From positions 68,574,001 to 68,638,000 of the forward strand of contig NW_024704742.1 in assembly GCF_018977255.1 (NCBI RefSeq): a DNA stretch of 64,000 nucleotides. Reading direction: 5' to 3'. This DNA is from Callorhinchus milii (lineage: Eukaryota). Below are positions 61,593-64,000 of the stretch, in pieces. The notes under the pieces are model-generated. The model ran no database searches. It saw nothing but the letters and a program-made list of their open reading frames with translations, and was not told where the DNA came from. The position numbers and the translations under genes are program-made. Position 1 is the stretch's first letter. The number at the start of each line of letters is the position of its first letter.

Positions 61593-61945
61593 AGTCCTGT
61601 AGCTTAGTGGTTAGAGCACTCGCCTTCCAAGCAAGAAGACCTGGGATTGATTTCCAGGCAGGGCGAAATGTACGGCAAGTGTTTACCTAGCAGTAAATAG
61701 GAACCCAGTTGTTAGTCGATTGGCGGATTGCTCATCCGGGCATAATAATCCTTTAAATAAAATAAATAAATAACAATTTGGTCAGTCAATCAACGACTGT
61801 TTGTGGGACACTGCTGTGTGCAATTGGCTGCCACGTTTTGCCCACAAATACAGTCAATTCACTTTACAGTATATTCTGTGAACTGCTTTGTGACGTCTTG
61901 AAGGCGTGATAAGGTGCTGTATCAAATGCAAGGATTGTTATCATT
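61593..61945 (+). mobile_element. Long-form SINE
   Basis: Head, body and tail motifs. Confidence 0.85.
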
Positions 61946-62319
61946 ATGTCCTTTGCCCACTGTCCCATGCTTCGTCCATACTTACCTTCAATTCCAAATG
62001 CGAGGTGTTGGACTTTCTTGGGTCCAACAATTGAGAGGATCCATTCCACTGCCTCTGTCATGGCTACTGCCACCCTCCCCTCCTCCTCCCCCAATCCCAC
62101 CCTTGGCCTCCGCCCGTCCTCCCTCTACACGTTCAACCAGATATTGAGACATTTGTGACTTTCTTTTTCTGCTGCAGATTTCAGTGACCAGATAGCAAAA
62201 ACAGACCCTATTAAGGTGGTTGCAGAATGTCAATACAATACGATTGTTGGTCACATTCAAGCACTTCAGCTACAGGAGCTTTCAGGGCCCAGCATCGCAC
62301 ACGGGCCCCGAGAGAAAGA

Positions 62320-63722
62320 AACACACTCACATAGAAAGAGAGACACACACACTCAGAGGCAGAGAGAGACATACAAACACAGACACACACACTCAGAGAC
62401 ACACAGAGAGACACGCACACACACAGACACAGAGAGACACGCACACACACAGATACAGAGAGACACACACACACAGACATAGAGAGAGACACACACACAC
62501 ACAGAAAGACTCACATACACACATAGCCAAGAGAGAGACACACACACACAGAGACATAGAGAGAGACACACACACACACAGACACACACAGAGACTCACA
62601 TACTCAGAGACCCAGAGAGAGACACACACACAGACACAGTGAGAGACACACACTCATACAGACACAGAGAGAGACTCACAAACACACACACACAGAGACA
62701 GACACACACAGACACACACAGATGCATATAGAGAGAGACGCACACAAACAATCACGCTCACACAAACACAGAGACACACAAATAATAATACACACACATA
62801 TACACACACAATAACATGCAGACAATAATACACACAAATACACACACACAGTGACAGACAATAATACATACACATATACACACACACAGTGACACACAGA
62901 CAATAATACACACACACACAGTGACACACAGACAATAACATACACATACACACACACACAGTGACACACAGACAATAATACACACACATATAAATACCCA
63001 CAGTGACACACAGACAATAATAATAATAATCCTTGCATTTGATATAACGCTTTTCACGTCTTCTCAACATCTCAAAGCACTTCACAGAATAGACTGTAAA
63101 GTGAATTGACTGTATATTTGTGGGTGAAAAGTGACAGCCAATTGCACACAGCAATGTCCCACAAACAGTCGTGGATTGAAAATGACCAATTTATTATTGT
63201 TTTGTTTTGGAGGGATTATTATTAGGTGTGTGGAGTAAGGAAACTTGCCCAAGGTTTTGCCCTCTGCCTAGAATTGAACCCAGGTGTCTCACCTGCAAGA
63301 CGAGCACTCTAACTACTGAGCTACAGGACTCCACGATACACACACATATATATATATACACACACAGACAATAATATACACACATACACACACACACAGC
63401 GACACACAGACAATAATACACACACATATACACATATACAATGACACACAGACAATAATACACGCATATATATATACACACACAGTGACACACAGACAAT
63501 AATACAGACGCATATACACACACACAGTGACACACAGACAATAATACACACACATATACACACACACAGTGACACACAGACAATAATACACACACAAAGA
63601 CACACACACACAGTGACACACAGACAATAATACACACATACACACACACACATCCAGAGACACACAGACAATAATACACACATATATACACACACAGTGA
63701 CACACAGACAATAATACACACA
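62320..63722. repeat. CA/GA microsatellite grading into a ~36-40-bp minisatellite, with a short-form SINE inserted at 63016-63336 (-)
   Basis: Unit CAGTGACACACAGACAATAATACACACACATATACACACA repeated many times on both sides of the SINE. Confidence 0.93.
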
Positions 63723-64000
63723 TGAGTGCCCGGAGTCGCCCCCACCCACATTGACGTTAGGTAAACAGCCGTTTGTTCCAGTAACGTTGAATAGAATGTT
63801 TTCCTCGAGGAGCTAATGTAGGAAAATGTGTGTTGTGTGACGTGATAATTACTTAATGACCAGCTTGTACTTATATAGTGCCCTTCATGCAGGATAGGGT
63901 CTTAATGCGCTTAACAGTGGCGGTGCCTGACGCAGAGCCAGGGGGAGGGAGGTGCTGTGAGCATGGTCTTCGGTTCCGATCTGAAAAAGGGGAAGGAGGA

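Noticed and set aside
62770..63722. CRISPR-like repeat periodicity
   Set aside because: There are no unique spacers or cas genes, and the context is a vertebrate low-complexity satellite.
62211..63751. Long Cys/Val/Tyr- or His/Thr-rich ORFs (also 24317-24889)
   Set aside because: They are translations of CA/TG micro- and minisatellites, open in several frames on both strands.
36400..64000. SMOX or another protein-coding neighbour
   Set aside because: No GxGxxG flavoprotein motif or other recognisable host coding exon appears in the ORF track or by eye. Short exons could have been missed.

Overview
Repeat-rich vertebrate genomic DNA. The L2/CR1/Penelope/Deu-SINE repertoire points to a cartilaginous fish, probably a holocephalan (inference). 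The only confidently recognisable gene sequence is a 150-nt minus-strand coding exon of RNF24 (2747-2896), encoding the N-terminal transmembrane region ...[39 protein letters not shown]. The RING-encoding exons should lie left of the window. The codon aligned to the mammalian initiator Met is GTG here. A 74-nt candidate upstream exon (4855-4928) supplies an in-frame ATG, and it is present twice (second copy 13175-13248) because of a ~1.2-kb local duplication. A TE-free island at ~34.6-36.4 kb looks like the promoter and a uORF-rich first exon. The rest is mostly L2 and CR1 LINE fragments, a Penelope-like element with a minimal hammerhead motif, two tRNA-derived SINE families sharing an L2-type 3' stem-loop, small DNA-transposon relics, micro/minisatellites, several short local duplications (including a 124-bp direct repeat around a young SINE) and a 25-N gap. 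No prokaryotic, CRISPR or rRNA features are visible. Repeat coordinates are approximate and were read by eye.
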